The notes under the pieces: model-generated
The model's input: only the letters and a program-made list of their open reading frames with translations
Told to the model about the DNA's origin: nothing
Database searches by the model: none
Position numbers and translations under genes: made by a program
Shown: piece after piece, positions 47,011-60,057 of the stretch
Numbering within the stretch: the first letter of the stretch is position 1
How the letters are laid out: the number at the start of each line of letters is the position of its first letter
Source: Guillardia theta CCMP2712
Taxonomy: Eukaryota > Protista > Cryptophyta
Reading direction: 5' to 3'
Assembly: GCF_000315625.1 (NCBI RefSeq)
Contig: NW_005434639.1
Span: forward strand, 195,511 to 259,510
Length of the DNA: 64,000 bases

Positions 47011-48930
47011 GGGGAGCAAGAACCTGTGAAGCGAAGGTCCCACCGAAAGATCTCGCCATTCATGCTCGCGGCCATGACAGACTCGCCGGGTTGTTGGCAA
47101 AGGGGTGAGATAGAGCAGATGCCTCGGGACATTCTGCAGGGTCAGAGCTTACAAGCGCTGCAAAGGAAAAGCTCCTCCTCCTCCTCCTCCTCAATCACCA
47201 CAACCACTGCTTCCTCCTCCTCCTCCTCCTCCTCCTCCTCCTCCTCCTCCTCCTCCTATACCTGAGCTCCATGGGGCTCGCCTTGGACCTGAGGTCAAGA
47301 AAGCTTAAACAACCATCCCTGCATCCGTTGGCTATCACGTTCCCTCCCTGCCATCGCAGAGTCAGAGATCTTGCCCTCCTGATCTCAACTCTCAGGAGAC
47401 ATTCTTCGGGAGGTACGACTGGGCCATGACTTCGGATCTGTACTGATAGAACCGCTGCTTACCCGACTGCAAAGACGAATGGTGAGGAGAAGGAAGGAAA
47501 GAAGGGGGGAGAGAGGATGAGAGGGTGGGAGGGGAGGAAGATCGCGGGCACGTACTGGGACGTCGAATATTTTCACTCCTTTGGATGAGCCTGCCGCCAG
47601 CTCCTCCTCTTTGGTCGGAGACCAGCAGCAAGTCCAAAACCTGCCGAGTCGGTCATGAAGGGGAAGGCGAGTAGCGGAGGAATCAGACGTCTCTCGTGCT
47701 GAGAACCACTGCCTCCTGTATCTGAACTCATCTGCTCCCCACGTCAACATCCGGGCCTCCCTCCTCCCCAACACCACGTGCTCACTCGTCTCGTAGTCGA
47801 AGTTCATGATGTGGATCCCTCCGGGCTGGCAACGAGTCAGAACAGCAGCGGCAGACATGCGCAGGACTCACTGATTCGCAGGAGACGATCGTGGTGGCAA
47901 AGATCTGAGAGCTCCGGTCGCTCCCCGCCGCCATCCCATCATCTGCCATGGGCTGTCAGAGCAAGGTCACAGCGGAAAGCAAGGCTGCTGTCACCTCCTT
48001 TGATCGCCAGATGCTTGCAGACGCAGTATGGAGATTTCTGCATAGAGGGTCGGATAAAATTTCTCCTCTTGTTAGCAGCAAAAGGACCTCACAGACTCTG
48101 AACTTGGGCTCGCTCTCTCCCTCACTATCAGCTTTCAACATGACGAGTCCCTGATCAGACTGATCAGAACACGAGCAAGCTTGTTGGAAGCTCCAGCACA
48201 CCGATCTTCCTGCCATGAGCACATCCTCCCCTATCGTTCCTAGACCAACTCCGACGTATCCCTGGCACGCGCTCTGAAACCTGAAGCATCAGCAACAGCT
48301 CTCCCTGGTTCTTCTAGACTCGCCTCCGCGCCGTTCCAGGTCACTTCAACCTTCTTGGTCTGCAGCAGAGACAGGCTGGAGGACTGGAGCTTGTGCTGAG
48401 TGAAGGACCCCACCTACCCCGTCAACCGACTCAGCGCTGGAAAGGAACCCGTACGCATCGCACACCTCGCGCTTCTTGACGGACCGAAAGAGGCTGATGG
48501 AGCTGCTTGGTCTCTCCCTCTTCTCTCGATTGACACCCTCCTGCCTTGTGGAAACTTTAGACGCCTATACCGTCCTCCTCCTCCTCCTCCTCCACCACCA
48601 CCACCACCACCACCACCACCACCACCTTCCTCCTTCTCCATCACCACCTTCCTCCTCCTCCTCCTCCTCCTCCTCCTCCTCCTCCTCCTCCTCCTCCTCC
48701 TCCCGCATCTCTACAGCCTCCATCTGCCGGTGTCTTCATCATGATCATCCTGATCTACCGCCATCTTGTCCTCTTCCTCCTCAGCATCACCAATACCTCG
48801 GCGAGTCGACGGTGCCTGAAGCTCTCGCACGGGTGTAGGCGGAGGAGGATACGACACATCCATCTTTGGGTATCGCAAAGTAGGCGTCGGCTTCTGCATC
48901 GTAGTAGAAGCCCGGTATGCTCCTCTTCAT
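45402..48930 (-). CDS. DCAF4/WDR21-like WD40 protein, multi-exon
   Basis: N-terminal MKRSIPGFYYDAEADAYFAI (PGFYYD...YF motif) plus WD repeats: IANGCRDG.LSFLDLR, AASMNGEIFRWDLR and ACGVDGVLRGWDVESG. The 3' end is uncertain. Confidence 0.78.
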
Positions 48931-49005
48931 GGCACAGAGAGGAGCGAGAAAGGACAACAAAGTGAGCAAGGGCAAGACAAGCTGAAGGAGTACTGGAGCT
49001 GGGGC

Positions 49006-49055
<50 letters not shown>

Positions 49056-49343
49056 ACGGGTAAGGGGCCGGGAGGAGGGCACGGTGAGTTGAGATGGGAG
49101 CGGCGGCGGGGGGGGCGGCAGCAAAACAAGGGCACAACTTTTTGCTCTTTGTTGACGAGGTTTTAGTCAAATTAGGAGAGAAGGAGGAAGAGGCGGAGGA
49201 AGTGGAACGCTGAGATGGGACGGGGTAGGATGAGGGTGACGAAGAGGAGGGAGACGAAGGAGGGGAGGGAAGAGAGGGAGAGGAGGGAGACGAAGGAGAG
49301 GAGGGAAGAGAGGGAGAGGAACGCTGCATGACACGATAAGGGG

Positions 49344-51264
49344 ATGGACGGCGACAGCATGGGAAAGCATCGGCTGCGGACGTCGCCAAGGGAGAGCGGG
49401 GCAGAGGACCTGGTCCTGCCGATCTTCGTCAGCTGGAACGGGACCTTGCAGTCAGCCAATGTACGCCAGCATCAGCTGGTGGAGGAGATCAAAGAATTCC
49501 TCATGTGCGGGGAGGAGGTGCCGGCAGGGCACATGCACCTGGTCTACAACGGAAGGTTGGTCGACCCCGGCATGCGCGCAGCTGACCTCGACCTGCGCGA
49601 GGGCTGCGTCCTCCACCTCGTCCTCAACGAGAGCCCCTTCCGCGGGAGGAAGCTCTACGTGCGGGACCTCGGGAACCAGGGGGTCGTCCGATCCGTCAGC
49701 TGCAGCCAAGACTTCACCATCAGGGAGCTGAAGGAGGAGATAGCCTGCCTGCCTGACTCCCCAGCTGTAGACCAGCAGAGGATCGCCTTTGCGGGCAGGG
49801 AGCTGGAGGACGACTACACGCTGAGGGAGTACAACATACAGAAGCCGTCGGTCCTCCTCCTCCTCAGGAACGAGACGTCCTCCCGGGACCTCTCCTCCTT
49901 CCTGTCCTGCACTTCCCCCGAGAGCGAGGAGCTGAGCGTTCCCCTGGACTCAGTAATTAGGATGCAGTTCAGCTCCATCGAGCAGGACGAGTTTCAGTTC
50001 TGGGGGCAGATGCTCGGCTCCCCCGACATCAGGTCTCTCACGGCGAAAGAGTTCGAGCTCAGGAGGTGGGGGTCAAGCTCGGACATTCCAGGGGAGTTCG
50101 ACTATGACGAAGAGGCCAGGGTCGTCACCTTCATCCCAGAGCAGCCGCTACAGGAGGCTTCCCACTACACCGTGTGCGTGAACAAGGCCAGAGCCAGGAA
50201 CGAGAGCTACTTCTTCGACCCGGACGCAGGGCTCAACCCCTCCTACCCAACCTCACCAGGAGGAATCCTGCACAGTAAAGTGCACGAGCCTGTAGAGGGC
50301 TGCGTCACCTGGGACTTCTACACGGTAGGATACGTCCCTCTACGGGTGACGTCGATCTATCCCCGTCCGCACTCCACCGTGCAGGTACACAGCACGGAGA
50401 TCAGCGGGGAGCAGGCAGAGGAGGAAGGGTCGGCCCATGGGGTCACCGCTGTGGGTGTAAGGAAGACGACAGTGCCGGTGGTGATCAGCTTCAGCGGCCC
50501 GCTGAGCCTCAACGAGAGCGTCAGGAGCTGGGTGACCATCCCCGGGTACGAGCTGCTCGAGCCTGTCTACGATCCTGCCAGCTACAGCCTCATCTATGAG
50601 ATCGGCTCTCCCCTGCGAGGAGGAGAGTGCATTCGTGTACACGTTAACACGGGTTTGGTCCAGGGGAGCAGAGATGAGTCGCTGAAGGTGAGAATTCTTC
50701 AGAACCTTTAGACTGCCCTTCCTCCTCTTCCCTCATCTTCCCTGCTCTCCCCATCCTCCCCATCCTCCTCTTGCTCTCCCACTCCACCACTTCTCCTTCG
50801 CACCTTGTTTTCTTCTTGCCCTGCTGTCATTCTTCTGTCCCTTCTCCCTCCCCCTCTTCCGTCTTTCCTCGGCGTCAATGATGTCGATGCGTTTGCAGCC
50901 TCTACAGCAGGACGGGCTCTTCCGAACTGTAAGCTTCACATGGAAATTCTACACATCCGATCGGAGCATATATCATGTGAGCATGGGAGGAGGAGGAGGA
51001 GGAGGAGGAGAGGTCATTGTAATTGAGCTCCACAATTACTCACTCGTGCTATTACTGTAGAACGCCAACTTGAAAGCCTCGGGTCTAGAGAATGTTGTGC
51101 GAAGATGGGAGAACGGGAAGATCAACGCGACACAGCGAGGAAGGAAGAGGGGGACCGACGTGAAACTAGCGAACAGATCGACGGCCATGGAGGCTGCCAT
51201 CCAGGCGGGGTTGACAAGCTCGCAGGCGGCAGGTATGAAAGGACATCACATGACTTCCTTGTAA
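49344..51264 (+). CDS. Protein with two ubiquitin-like domains followed by two Big_5/SbsA-type Ig-like domains
   Basis: UBL1 (VEEIKE...VP..MHLVYNGR...LHLVL) and UBL2 (TIRELKEEI...QQRIAFAGRELEDDYTLREYNIQK). Ig-like repeats: TSP.....VPLDSVIRMQFS...YD...VVTFIP..PL....HYTV...TWDFYT and PLRVTSIYP...VVISFS.PL...YD...|FTWKFYT. Confidence 0.78.
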
Positions 51265-51748
51265 CGCCTTCGCCCTCAGCCGCAGCTGGGTACTCATCGG
51301 AGCAGACGCGAGAGCCAGCGAGAGTGTCTGCTGGTTCGATCGTCTCGCTGAGAACTTACATGGGCCAAGGTAACCGTTAGTCGCAGGACGTCAAATTCAA
51401 TCGTCAGCGCAGTCAAGCAAGCAGGCATCGTCAAGGTGTCTTGTGCTGTTGCGCTCGTCTGTTGTGCTGAAGTTTGTTCGGCTCGCAGAATTTACCAGGC
51501 AGATGCAAACGTAACGGACGTGGAGGATCCGATGGGGAGCAGTCGGCCTCAGCGCCCAGTGTCGAGCAGCGAGGGCATGCTCGAGTCCCTTCAGAGCACT
51601 TTGAGCGACTTGTTTCAAGTGAAGCTCTTTTCATAGGCATCTCCTACCTTTACAAACTTACGGGAAACACCATTCATGACTCCCTCCATCATCATCTAGT
51701 CCGAGTTGTCGGAAGAAACAATCCGAGTAACCAACTTCATGGACTCGC

Positions 51749-52914
51749 TCACGTCGCCTTGCGGTGACCCCCGTTCTTGCCGAAGGATCGGCGAGAGACG
51801 AACACGAAGATGTAGTAGTCCGCAAGGCCATGCACTAGGAGAGGGAGGAAGAGTCCTCCTCCTTGATACTTGAGAGCCGACATGATCAACCCGAACAAGA
51901 AGGTGAGAAACACGCCTGCCACCCCGGATGGAGTTCCATGAATGTGCGCGAGTCCGAAGAAGAACGACTGGGTCAGGTCTGCCTCCATGTCGCTCATCCC
52001 GGCCTGCCGCAGCTCGTACGCAAACAACCCTCGGCTGAGCCCTTCCTCGCACAACGCGTTCAAGAACCCCAGGAACAAGCAGAGGAGATGTCCCTGTAAG
52101 GCTCGTGAGCAGTCCTTGGCAGCAGAGCAACTCTAAAGACCTACCTTGAGGCCCAACTTAGCCTGGTACTTGTCTCCAAACTTCGCCATGCCTGCATGTG
52201 CCCCCCGAGATCTTGCCAGGGTGGACCACAGATGAAGGGCGAGAAAGGTGACGCCGGAGACTGCGATGGAGCAGGTGAGCATGAAGAAGCTCGGCGCGGG
52301 ACCCATTTCCATAGAGGAGGGGGTTGAGAGGAGGATAAAGAGGAGCTCGATGGCCTTGTAAGAGCCCGGGCCCAGGGGACCTGACTCGCCGATGAGAACC
52401 TTCGGGGTCTTGACTAACAATCGCTCTGGTAGCAGTCGCGGCCAGAGGGCCATGATGTAGACCACCGCGTTCAGCAGACATGTATTGTACCTGGCGAAGT
52501 AGAAGGAAAGACAGCTGATGGCTACCACAGCAGCTCTGGGGAGTCTGGAGAAGATGACCGTATGCGTTCCGCTGACGCAGAAAAGGAGCAGGAGGGTCTT
52601 GACTTGGAGCTCTACCATCTCTTGCAGCAGAACCTCTGTTCCCTTGCTTCCTGCCTCGCTTATTGTATCGAGAGAATTCTCCTTCAATCTACTCGATCCC
52701 AATCTTCTTTCCACTTCCAATTTTTACTATCATTCACCAGCTTGCCAGGACCACCCGAATACTGCTTCACCCTGAATATCTTGTCATCATCGCTTCTCAC
52801 AAAGATTCTTCTCCTCGCTCTTTCACCTTCACCTTCTACTACTTCTACCTCCTCGCATTTTATAGAACGCAACTCCGCGCAACTCTCTGTCTCCGTACGT
52901 CTTGTTTGAGTCAT
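51749..52914 (-). CDS. CPBP (Abi/Rce1-like, CAAX type II) intramembrane glutamic protease
   Basis: Multi-TM protein with motifs NALCEEGLSRG (EExxxR), FFFGLAH (FxxxH) and LLVHGLAD (HxxxD/N). Confidence 0.87.
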
Positions 52915-53418
52915 CACCCCCCGTTATGATACAAAAATGTAGTAAAGAATACCCCTCCTTTATCATGACCACCCCATTAATCCCATCAATCGCGCAGTAC
53001 CCCTGGTTGTAACTGTTTTAGAGGTATGCTGACAGTCCACTTTTGGCTATGTCAACTTCGCCGGATAGCTCAGTTAAAGAGCCTCGGATCGCCCCCCCAA
53101 GTTGACTTATTCCCCGGGCCCCGGGCCGGCTGGCTGATCCGAGTCCCGGGGAGCGCAGCGGCACTGCAGCGGATCCGATGATCCCACACAGTCTAGGGCA
53201 GGGGGCGAGGCCGGGCCGACTCAGCCCGGCCAGTTAACCAGTCACGCGGGCGCTGAGGGTTGGGACTGAAATGTCATGATGTATCTTACTTGAAGTTAAG
53301 AATAACAAGCACTCCACGTTCAAGACAAAAACAGATTTCCGATGACTACCGCGGCACCGCAGGCGCTTGACACAAGCCGGGTCATCATCTGGCCAGCTTC
53401 AAACGTTCACCGTGCCTG

Positions 53419-54645
53419 CTAGACCAGCTCGACTTTCTGCTGCTCTACAAGGGAAGCGATATCGCTGCTCAGATGTCAAACCCACTCTGCATCTCGACTC
53501 CACCAACCTGAACTTCATGCAGACGAAATCTCCTGAGTTCATCTCCAACTCGGCGTCCCCCACCTGTGTGCGCTCAAGTCATCCGGGGAGCCTTAAAGTT
53601 GAGTCTCTCACTTGTACATCACCCAAATCTTCTAGGACGTGTACAAATACGTGATTATCGACTTCCGGCTGTATGAAATCACCATCTACCAACATGGGCA
53701 CTCTGACCAGACCTTGACGATCATATATTGAAGGTTCAACTTCTGCAGCTTCTCGGGAATGCCGGACAAGAAACCTGAAGCATCACAGTCATCCAAGAGA
53801 AAAATGGGAAGTTCGCACAACAATTGTTGAAGTGCTTCTCGAAAAGGTCTGTGAACTGTTCGCAGAACTTCTGCTCTAGCGGCGACATCATGTCGAATCT
53901 GATGAATATGTGAGGAAACGAGAGTCCGACGGGGTCAACCACTCACTCTGACTTGTTGGCTAGAAGATGGGCATGAAATTGCTGTATCTTTTTCAATCTT
54001 GAAACTATCTCAGCACCATAACACGATGATATGCATCGGACGTCAATCACCTATCACGATGGTACGAGTTCAACCTGTGAAGAGATCAGCAGGGAGTACT
54101 ACGATAAGGAGATCCGTACATGAATTTTATCCTGATGGTCCAAAGTAGGAATTCAAGTCGATCAGTCAAGGGGTGAAATACTGAGGAAGGAAGAATTCTA
54201 ACCTGTCAAGCTCAAGCTCCAACAAGCTGATCATAAAGTCTGTCGTGCTGCCCAGGCTGTCAAGACCCGAAAATCTTAGCCTCGACCCTTTCACCTGTCT
54301 TTGCTCATTTTGCGAAGCTCTTCGATGCATGAGTCTTGGTCCTGCGAACGATCATCATGCAACATAAAACACTTCACATTCTTACTTTGATGGCTAGGTC
54401 GACAGTTTCTACCAATTCTTTCTCTGCAATCGAAGCATATAAATAATCTTGCGAATGCAAAGCAATGCAAAGCGATCAAAATGCATCTCACCATAAGGTA
54501 GCAAAGTGGGAGAACAGCGCTCATTCCTCCAAACCTTCACAGTGACGTGATTATGACAACAAGATAATCATCATTATTTGACTATCACCCTTTTCAGAAG
54601 CAGATCGTATGATGTTTGATCGTCGTCATTGTTTACGTAATCCAT
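53419..54645 (-). CDS. SLD5: GINS complex subunit Sld5 (GINS4), about 12 small exons
   Basis: Splicing gives MDY...LLKR|VWRNERCSPTLLPY|EKELVE..AIK|DQ...|LLELELDR|IKFM|LNSYHRDR|LKKIQQFHAHLL..|MMSPLEQKF...PEVDNHVFV.V.EDLGDV...KFS|DIASLVEQQKVELV*. This is invisible in the ORF track. Confidence 0.9.
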
Positions 54646-55636
54646 CCTGTATCTATGAAAACATTTCAAGTCAGCGGGAAACAATCTTTGTCTCACAAAT
54701 TTCTCTGTGTCTCCGTTGATTCTTTGTCTTATCTCTTCTTTGCGTTGCCTCCCTCGTCCCTACCTGATCTCACTCCAATGATTTACTTCCAAACTTATCT
54801 TTTCTCATCTTTCCTCCCCACATCTTCTCCTGCATGCCTGCTCCTCTCTTCCTCCTTTCCTCTCTCCTGCCTTCTCGATTCCCCATTCCTCGTTTCCACT
54901 TGCTCTGTCCGAACCGGTCCTCCTTTCCCTCTCAACCCTCCGCGCCATTTCCCTTCATACCTGTTTTCTGCTACCAACATTATACATGTCTATATTCAAT
55001 ATATTCTTCACCCTTTTTTGTAAAACGCAATAAATTTGATTATGAGATTTACTGCGACAGATATATTTCGAACAAAAACAATTGGAAAGGCGCGGTGTAG
55101 CAATTTGGCGGGAGATGGCGGGAGTAGCAGCAGGAGATGGAAGAGGCGACCAGGAAGATGCGCGTAGAGAAACAGCGAACACAGAGATATGCAATCACAT
55201 CGAAGAAAGATGCCATGAATGTTGGAGTATAAAAGGGGAGCAAGTATCGCTCTGGGACGTGCATGAAAGGTGCTGAGTAGATTTCACACAATTTTCATGT
55301 TTCGCTCCCCTGCACACATCATCTTGTTTTGAATCTTCCCATGCACGACTCATGTCCAATCTCTTCATACGTGCCCTATTTATTTGATTATGAGAAGCTG
55401 AGAGAAAAGGTGTTTATGATATGTTCGTTGTGGGGATTTGATGCAAAATTGTGAATCGTGTGCTTGTCTCATTGTTCATTGATCATGACGATTCATATGC
55501 ACGACACTGCAACAGTCCAACATTGAAGACTTGCTGTATTGAATTCTGCGTCTCGTGCTTATACATGTCATCGCAATATCACAGACAAGCAGCATAATTG
55601 ATACAATGGAGTACATGTGAACGAATAAATGAGTGA

Positions 55637-57226
55637 TCAAAGACGGTTCGAAACGATCTTTCTGCACTCTAGCCCTTGCAAGCACCTGCCAGTAGAGTTG
55701 ACGTCTACTTCCATCACGACTTGGTCCTTGGCGCCAACGTGGATGAGTCGATGATAAGAGCAGTACAGGAGGCCATGCCAGCCATGAGCTTGTTGAAGGT
55801 GACAAACTGATTGCTTCCGTCCTGCAACTGAGTTAGACGTCTCAGACACGTAAAAGTCTCTTACAGTGGCAGACGAGACGATTGAATCCATCAAAGAGAC
55901 TGACGGACAGCTGAAATCCCAGTGCCTGGCAGGCCCTCAGGGGGGAGGAGAGGGCGATGGAGATTACTTGCTGTTGATAATAGATTTGATGCTCCACATC
56001 AGAGAATTTCGGTCGAGCTGTGAGGAACGGACGTCAACTGTGCGCATCAATGCAGACGGGATCACCTGGAGCGTGCTTGGGGGAAACTGGTCTTTCACTT
56101 GTGCGATGAACTCCGAAAATACAAAGAGAATCTGTTTGAATGTACTTGAACCTCTCATGAGATATATTCGCTCTTCACCTGCCAATATGCTGCAATCTTC
56201 TTGTATGGAAACAAATTCTGAGTGTTTCCTGCACAAAATTTTCTCACAACCGCATTCCGAAAAGTGAATCCCATTGCACCAGAGGCTTCTCGCAGCAACT
56301 TTGTAGCATCGTCGTGGTGTTGCGTCGGAAAATCAGGACACAACAAAGATACCTGGGCTTGCAAAGATCAAGAGGAGGAAGCCCTCGTCACAACCATGTC
56401 CTGACCAGCTGGAAATGATCGTTGCAAGTCATCAGCTTGTCTAGGTCCTCACGTCAGTAATGCTCCTCCTCTGATCACCACAAGGACCTTCACTGGTGTT
56501 CTGATACGCCTCTACCGTCATCCTCACAAATGCCAGCCGGTTTCTCGGGGTAGCATTGACGAACTCAAACTCTCGCAGGAGGACATGATCGCCCTGCAGG
56601 ATGGTTGGTACGACAGCGTGCACGGAGGGGGGGGGGGGGGATGGAAGGGAGGGGGAGTAAAGGAAGGGAGGAAGGACAAGGGACGGGGAAGGCAAGAGAA
56701 GTTCACCACTAGGACAGAATTGAAGTAATTCAGAAGGCCTTCCAGAGGCTTGTCGTCCCCTGCATGTCCATGAGAATCAAAGGAGGGGAGGAGACAGATT
56801 GAATTCACTGTTGTCCAGAATCTGACGAATGGCGTCCTGAATGTAGACATGGATGTGGTATCGCTCTACAGAAAGGAAGCTCCCGTTCAAACATGGGGGG
56901 ATCACGTCAAATCTAATGGCTCACTTATGAATTGATCGGGGGTTAAATTGAATCGCTCATCGTCCTGAAAGGTGTTAGTCGTCAGGGAATCACAGGGAAC
57001 CATAAAAAATGTGATGGCAAGAAAAAATCATGTGAAGTATGGAAGTGAAGTTTGAGAAGGAGAAAGAGAAGGAAATGGAGGTAGAGATGGATATGGAGAT
57101 GGATATGGTGATGGTGATGGTGATCATGAACAAGTGGGCAGGGATTACGTTTGGGGTCATCATTGAAGCAACCCTTACCATTTTCTTCCTGTGAGAAGGG
57201 CTAAAGAGCGGGGATCCTGAAGCCAT
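55637..57226 (-). CDS. C11orf49/CSTPP1-like protein (tubulin polyglutamylase complex associated)
   Basis: KPLEGLLNYFNSVL|GDHVLLREFEFVNATPRNRLAF ... LLCPDFP ... FVFSEF matches the C11orf49 family signature YFNSV..G.H.L.REF.FV.ATP.NR. The 3' end is uncertain. Confidence 0.75.
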
Positions 57227-57333
57227 GTCGTCCCTGTGCCGATGGGGTCTCAGAGCTGATCTGAGCAGGTGTGGCGGTGGGGATCAGTCTGAAGGGAGAC
57301 ACGATGAGCAGGTGATCAGACGGGGGGCAGACG

Positions 57334-57371
<38 letters not shown>

Positions 57372-57488
57372 TCCCTGGTGCTGAATCTCCTTTCTCGGTT
57401 TTACTCAAGACAGCCCACAAACCCGCCTCAGGTAGAGACACAACACTTTGAAGGGCGGACATTCGGCGGCGGCTGAGTCCCGGGTCCC

Positions 57489-57536
57489 CCGCCGGGCCGC
57501 CGGGCCGCCGGGCCGCCGGGCCGCCGGGCCGCCGGG
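57489..57536. repeat. (CCGCCGGG)x6 GC-only tandem repeat upstream of the CSTPP1-like gene
   Basis: Six perfect 8-bp units. Confidence 0.95.
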
Positions 57537-57618
57537 CTACCGGACCGACACCGGAAGCCTGTTGGACTTGGACTAGAACTAGCGCTGAAACGAGTGAACT
57601 ATGCTCAAAGTTTTGTAT

Positions 57619-60057
57619 TCACTTCAGTCGTCGAGCACATTCCTGCAATTCTTGTATGACGAATGCTTTCTGTACATTGCGGTGGACGAGAGGCTCCCAG
57701 TGAAAATACCTGAAAATACCTCCAGATCAGTTGCGCCATCACATGTTGCAGCATCGTAGATACGGCAATGAGACGAGGTTGTATCCCAGCGCCCGTACTT
57801 GCTCGTGCTTGAGATTCTGCCGTGTAAAATCAGGACAGGGTGCAGCAAGTAGGGGATGGAGTATTGTACCGTCCCGCCCATCTCAGTCTCTTGTCTCCAT
57901 GCGAAGTGCGAGGGTCCGTCGACCTTAGCAAGGGGTCAGGGCAAGAGACGACTTGCATCCTCTCAGGGGTTCACTTCGACGACAAGGTTGCAAGAAGGGA
58001 TGTAGATGTCGAAGGAGTATCCCGATCGTTCGTCTATGTGCTCCTGCGGTGTCCACGGTCAGCACGGGAGGGATGCATTGCACAGCGCCAGGACCGAGAG
58101 GATCCAATCGCAAGCTTCCGCCGCTCCTGTCTGAACAAGTCTCGAGCCGAAGATGGCTTCGACCTGTTGGAGTCATGACAAGTCGCCAAGAGAGAGAGTC
58201 TGACAAGCTCACCGTGTTCTGGCCAATGTCCCTGAGGACATGGATGACCTCGGAATGGAAGCGAGAAGACTCAGTCAAGGCTCTGAGCTGACGAGACTCT
58301 GTGATGAACGCTTGCTTGCAGAGCAGATGTGTCGACTCCTCTATCGAGTGGGTCAACGAGCGGACCTCCCTTGGTGAGTTGGAATTCCCGTAGAATGCTC
58401 TGAAAACCTCCTCCCTGGTCACATTCAAGCACAGGTTATTGTACAGGAAGAACTGGTGAACTTGGCTGAGCCCGGGGTTGGTCAGAGACTTCATCAGGGT
58501 GTCCAAGGCTCGCCATATCCAACACAAGAGGGCAGGATCCTCGCTCTCAATCACCGCCGCGCTCCATGCTATGTTCGCCGCTGCCTGAGGTGAAACCTGA
58601 CGCAGGGGGATGCGCAGAAGCTTGGAGGTGAGGTGAGAGGTCAAATCGTCCAGCCTGAAGTTGAGATTTGCGTAACAGTACATGAAGGTTGCGATTGACT
58701 GCACGTCAAGGCTGGCAGTTGGCAAAGAAAGAATCTCCTCCGATATAAGTTCGAGCAGCACGGGGTCGGCGATGTTACAGGCTGAGAACGAACTCAAGAG
58801 CGCCGCAACCTTCTGGGTGGTCTGAAGATTCCTTGACTTCAGGATACTTTCCCTGTCACGATGCCGAAGAATGAAGATTGCAGCTTCTGTCATGAGCTTC
58901 AACACCTCGTTCCGGTGGCAGCGGTTGTCTACGATCATTTTTTCGATCCTGCTCCGCGAGAACGCAGACAGGATGTCAGTGCAACTCTGCACATCGAACT
59001 TGTGAGGAGGATTCAGCAGTATAGCTTTGCAGAGGCAGTTGAGAAGCTCTTCATCTGACTCCAGGAGCCTCGCCTGCGAAAAGGACCTCACGAGCAACCC
59101 CAGCGATCTCGTCCCAAAGTGCTCTGGTGGGATCTTCTTCAGCAGCATCGACACCGTCCGAAACAATCTCAGGTGAGAACTCTGGTGGAGAACATCATCA
59201 GTGCTTCTTGCATACGCTGCCGCTATCATTGAGAGCGTCCGAGCCGTGAAATCGGAAGTTCTGTTGGTCAGCATGGAAGCCTGAGCCCTTGACCGCAGTA
59301 CTTCAGAAGCTGAAGTGAAGAGAGCTGCAGAAAGACGGTCTTCCTTGGCCCTCTTGGCGGTGGCTGTCAGTGCCATACTGATGTGCCTGTTATCCAGCTC
59401 CTCGATGCGCTCGAGGACATGGCTGACAAGGGTTGTCGAGAGCACTCCTGCCTCGTCCCTCGCTCCCTTCAAGTCAGCTTGAGTTTTCACATCGTTGTCG
59501 TTGGTCCTGGAGAACTTGTACATGATGTTGAGAGCTATCGCAGCATCACGGGCGGAGAGCGACCATTTTGACTCGTGGATCAACGGCTTGACTAGTCGGA
59601 TCACTTCGTTCAGGTCGCTGCAGCGCCTGAAGTCTGGCAGACGATCACCAGTATCCATCCTACCACCCTCATGGGGCTCTTCTGCGAGGGCTGAACTGCT
59701 GCGACACAGCGTCCTGCTGAAATCTCGTAAGCGAGACAATGCAGGAGCGACTGGACGGCGTTGGAAGGAGAGCCTGAGCGGTATGGGCAACGAAGACTGG
59801 GCCGGCAGGGATCGGCCGCATTGTGAAAGCTGTAGCGTACAGACAGGCCTCAAGGAGGAGGAGGGGGAGGAGGAGGGGGAGGAGTAGGAGCAAGCAGTGC
59901 CTCTAGTACGGCTCACAATCAACAGAGAGAAGGCAAGACATGAAGTTTCGGGTCGATCTGGCGAGTTCGGCAACGGAGGACCATTTGCTGACATCTTTTG
60001 ACTGAATGTCAGCCCCACCAGAAGGAGGCAAGCCGCCATGAAGATTTTCGTTCTCAT
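57619..60057 (-). CDS. RAP-domain / helical-repeat (FASTK/OPR/HPR-like) organellar RNA-binding protein, probably plastid-targeted
   Basis: ~37-40-aa helical repeats (F..R.LS.IA.AYAR, FDVQS.TDILSAFSR, LDVQSIA..MY.YA.L, SPQAAANIAWS.A). Spliced C-terminus SRFHSEV..|EHIDERSGYSFDI..LVVE|VDGPSHF..GGT|NLKH..R.LGY.LVSLP|YFHWE is a RAP domain. Signal-like LLLLPLLL...YATA-FTM lies at 59893-59825 in another frame, joined by a predicted 40-nt intron. The start is uncertain. Confidence 0.85.

Noticed and set aside
53060-53110. tRNA-like 5' half GCCGGATAGCTCAGTT..AGAGC (also GGGCCGTAGCTCAA at ~5091)
   Set aside because: No anticodon arm, no TTC T-loop and no pairing acceptor stem. At most an A-box-like coincidence or a SINE relic.
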